A program made the translations under genes and the position numbers. The notes beneath the pieces were generated by a model. That model ran no database searches, was not told the origin of the DNA, and saw only the letters and a program-made list of their open reading frames with translations. Positions 59,601 through 62,600 of a stretch of DNA of 64,000 bases are shown piece after piece; position 1 is the stretch's first letter; every line of letters starts with the position of its first letter. Source of the DNA: Candidatus Oxydemutatoraceae bacterium (GTDB taxonomy: Bacteria; Pseudomonadota; Gammaproteobacteria; Poriferisulfidales; Oxydemutatoraceae); the NCBI GenBank assembly GCA_965220085.1, contig CBDCOZ010000003.1, positions 1,312,001 to 1,376,000 of the forward strand, read 5' to 3'.

Positions 59601-62600
59601 CGGCATCGCGTATCGGCACGACCTCGCCGCGCCCGTAGGCATAGCGCAGGGTCAGCTTGCCGGTGTCAGAACCGCTGTCCGTGGCCGCGCCGCCGATCAG
59701 CGAGGCGGCGTAGCGCTTGGCATCGCCGCGGCTGCCGTCGACGCGACCGCTGGCATAGACGTGCCGCAACGTACTGTCGCCGCTTGAGAAGTCGCCGGAG
59801 CCGGCCAAGCCGCCGGCGAGGCGACTGCCGACGACGCTGCCGCTGGCATAACTCGCGCGGATCTGCGCTTGCGAGAACCTGCCGACCAGCGAGCCGCCGC
59901 CGGTCACGCTGCGCGTGACGACCGCCGACCAGCTGTTCTCCAGCATGCTGTCGGTCAGCGCGCCGATCAGACCGGCGACGGTCAGCGCGCCCGTCACCGA
60001 GCCGGTGATGCCGATGTTGCGGATTGTCGCGCCCTGCGTTTGATAGAACAGCGCCTGATATTCGTTGCCGGCGGCGGCGGAAAGATTATTGATCCAGAGG
60101 TTTTTGATCACACGGCCGTTGCCGTCAAAGATCGCCGCGTACGGGGCATCGGCGCCGCCGATTGGCGTCCAGCCGACGCCGCCCGTCCACAGGTCGTTGA
60201 CGGCGCCGGTGACATAACTCTGCGCATCGTCAAAGTCCAAGTCGCGCGTCAATTCGTAGCCGACGCAGCCGGCGGGACAGCCCATGCCGCTCACCGCCGC
60301 CGGGAACGCTTGGGCGTAACTCGGCGAACTCGCGTTCGCCGGCGCGCCGTCGCCGTCGAGGTCCCAGCGCATCGCGTTGAGTTGTTCCAGCGTCGCGATG
60401 TCTATCAGGCCGTCGTCATCGGCATCGTAGTCTTCCATCCCCGACCGGACGACGCTGCGGCTCGCCTCGCCGCCGTAGACGACCGCGGCGACGCGGTATT
60501 CGTAGATTGCATCCGCGCTCGCGCCGCTGTCGCGGTAGGTCGTCGCCGTCACGCCGCGGGCGACGACGGCCTCCCGCAAGTCGGGGCACACCGGTTTGCA
60601 ATTCCCTTCGCTGTCCTGCGCGCCGTTCGGGCACGGCGCGGCGCAGAGGCGCAACGCGACGGAATAGGCCTCGCCGGCGGCGCATGCGGTGGCGCCGTTG
60701 TTTGAGCATACGCTCTTGCCCGAGTGGACCCCGCTGGGGATGTGTCCGTGGTTGCCATATATGCCGCACGTCGCCGCCGCGGAGCGGCAACGACCGTTGC
60801 TGAGAATAATATCCCCGTTGTGACTTTCGCACCAGTCGCGGAATTCGAGATCGGCGGCATTGACGCAGGTCGTCGTTCCTTCTATCGCCGCTTGGCCTGG
60901 CGGGCAGGAATGCGGGGCCGGCGCGCAGACGCCGCCGATGGCGGTCTGTGTGCTGGCACAGGCGACACAGGCGCTGCCTTGCAAGACCTCGTTGTCGCCG
61001 CAGAGCATGGAGACGCATGAACCGTCGCTGATGTCTTCGGGCGTCGCGTCGGTTTCGAGCCAGCGGTAGATGTCGTAGGCGAGCGGCGGCGGGTCGTCCC
61101 AGTGCGATGTGACCGGCGCGTTCCAGCGCAATTCGCGCGCGCCGCCGCGACCGCTGACCGTCAGATCGCGCGGGCCTTCGCGCAGTTGATAGCCGAACTC
61201 TTGCCAGGTCGCGATGCTGTCGCCGTCAAAGTCGGCCTTGAGCGCCGGGTATTGCGAAGCGTCGCCGAAATCCCAGTCGTCGCTGGTGTCGTTGTCGTCC
61301 CAGTCGGCGTAGATGCCGCCATAGCCGGTCGGGGCTTGCAGTTCGGCGGTCGTCTTGCCGGCGACACCCGAGGCGGTTCCGGCGCCGGCGGCGTTGTCGC
61401 GGCCCGATGCGCCGGTATCCCAATAGAACGCGGTTCTTCCCAGCGCGTTGGCGTAGCGCCCGGCGTAACCGCCGCTGAGCGGCGCCGCCGGGTCGATGCG
61501 CGCGACGGAATAACCGTACTCGCTGCCGTCGTCCGCCGCATCGGAGCCGACCAGACCGCCGGCCCAGCGCTGCGATGCGCTGACGTAACCGGTCGCGTAG
61601 ACGCTGTCCAGAAACGTGACCACCAAGCCGAGTTTGCCGACGAGTCCGCCGACCGCTTCGCGCCCGCCGACATTGCCGGTCGCATAACTGCGGTAAAATG
61701 CGGCGCTGCCGGCGGCCGCTTCGCCGGCGAGCGCGCCGACATTGGCGGCGGCGCCGCCGATGCTGACCGCCGACCAGGCCTCGCTGATGAAGCCGCCGTT
61801 TGACACTTCTCCGACCAAGCCGCCGACCGCCTGCGCGGTGCTGGCGGCGACCGTGATGGCGCCGCTGATGCCGAGGCGGTACAGGCTCCTGTCGTTGTCT
61901 GTTACCCTGAGGCGACCGAACAGGCCCTGATGCGATGCGCCGCGGTTGATGCGGAGGTTGGCGATGACGCGACCGTTGCCGTTGAATTCGCCGCTGTAAC
62001 TCGCGTCGCCGCCGCCGATCGGCTGCCAGCCTTCGCCGCTGGTCCACGCCGCTTTGTTGGCGATATCGGCGTAGTCGGCATCGTCGGCAAAATCCAGATC
62101 GCGCATCAATTCGTAGCCTTTGCAAGCAACCGCGCAACCCATCGGATGCGCGGCGACGGCGGCGCCGGGGAAGGCCGCCATATAACTCGGCGTGCTCGCC
62201 TCCGCTATGCCGTCGCCGTTCAGGTCATAACGGATCGCGTGCAGTTGTTCCAGCGTCGCGATGTCTATCAAACCGTCGTTGTCGGTATCGTAATCGGTCA
62301 GCGATGCGGCGACCTCCGATATCGGGTAACCGCCCTCGACGACGGCATGCACTTGATAGGCATAGGTCCTGTTGGCAACGACAGCATTGTCGATATAGTC
62401 CGTTTTTGTCCGATTCGCCGCTATCTGCGCGCCATCGCGCCGGATATCATAGGTCACGGACGGGCGCGCGGCGGGCGGCCAGTGACTCAGGTCGGGCGCT
62501 GTCCAGACCAGCATGCGCGACGCGCCGCTGCCGCTAATCGTCAGGTTCAGGCTCTCGCGCAACTGCCAGCCGAACTCCTGCCAACTCGCGATGCCGTCGC

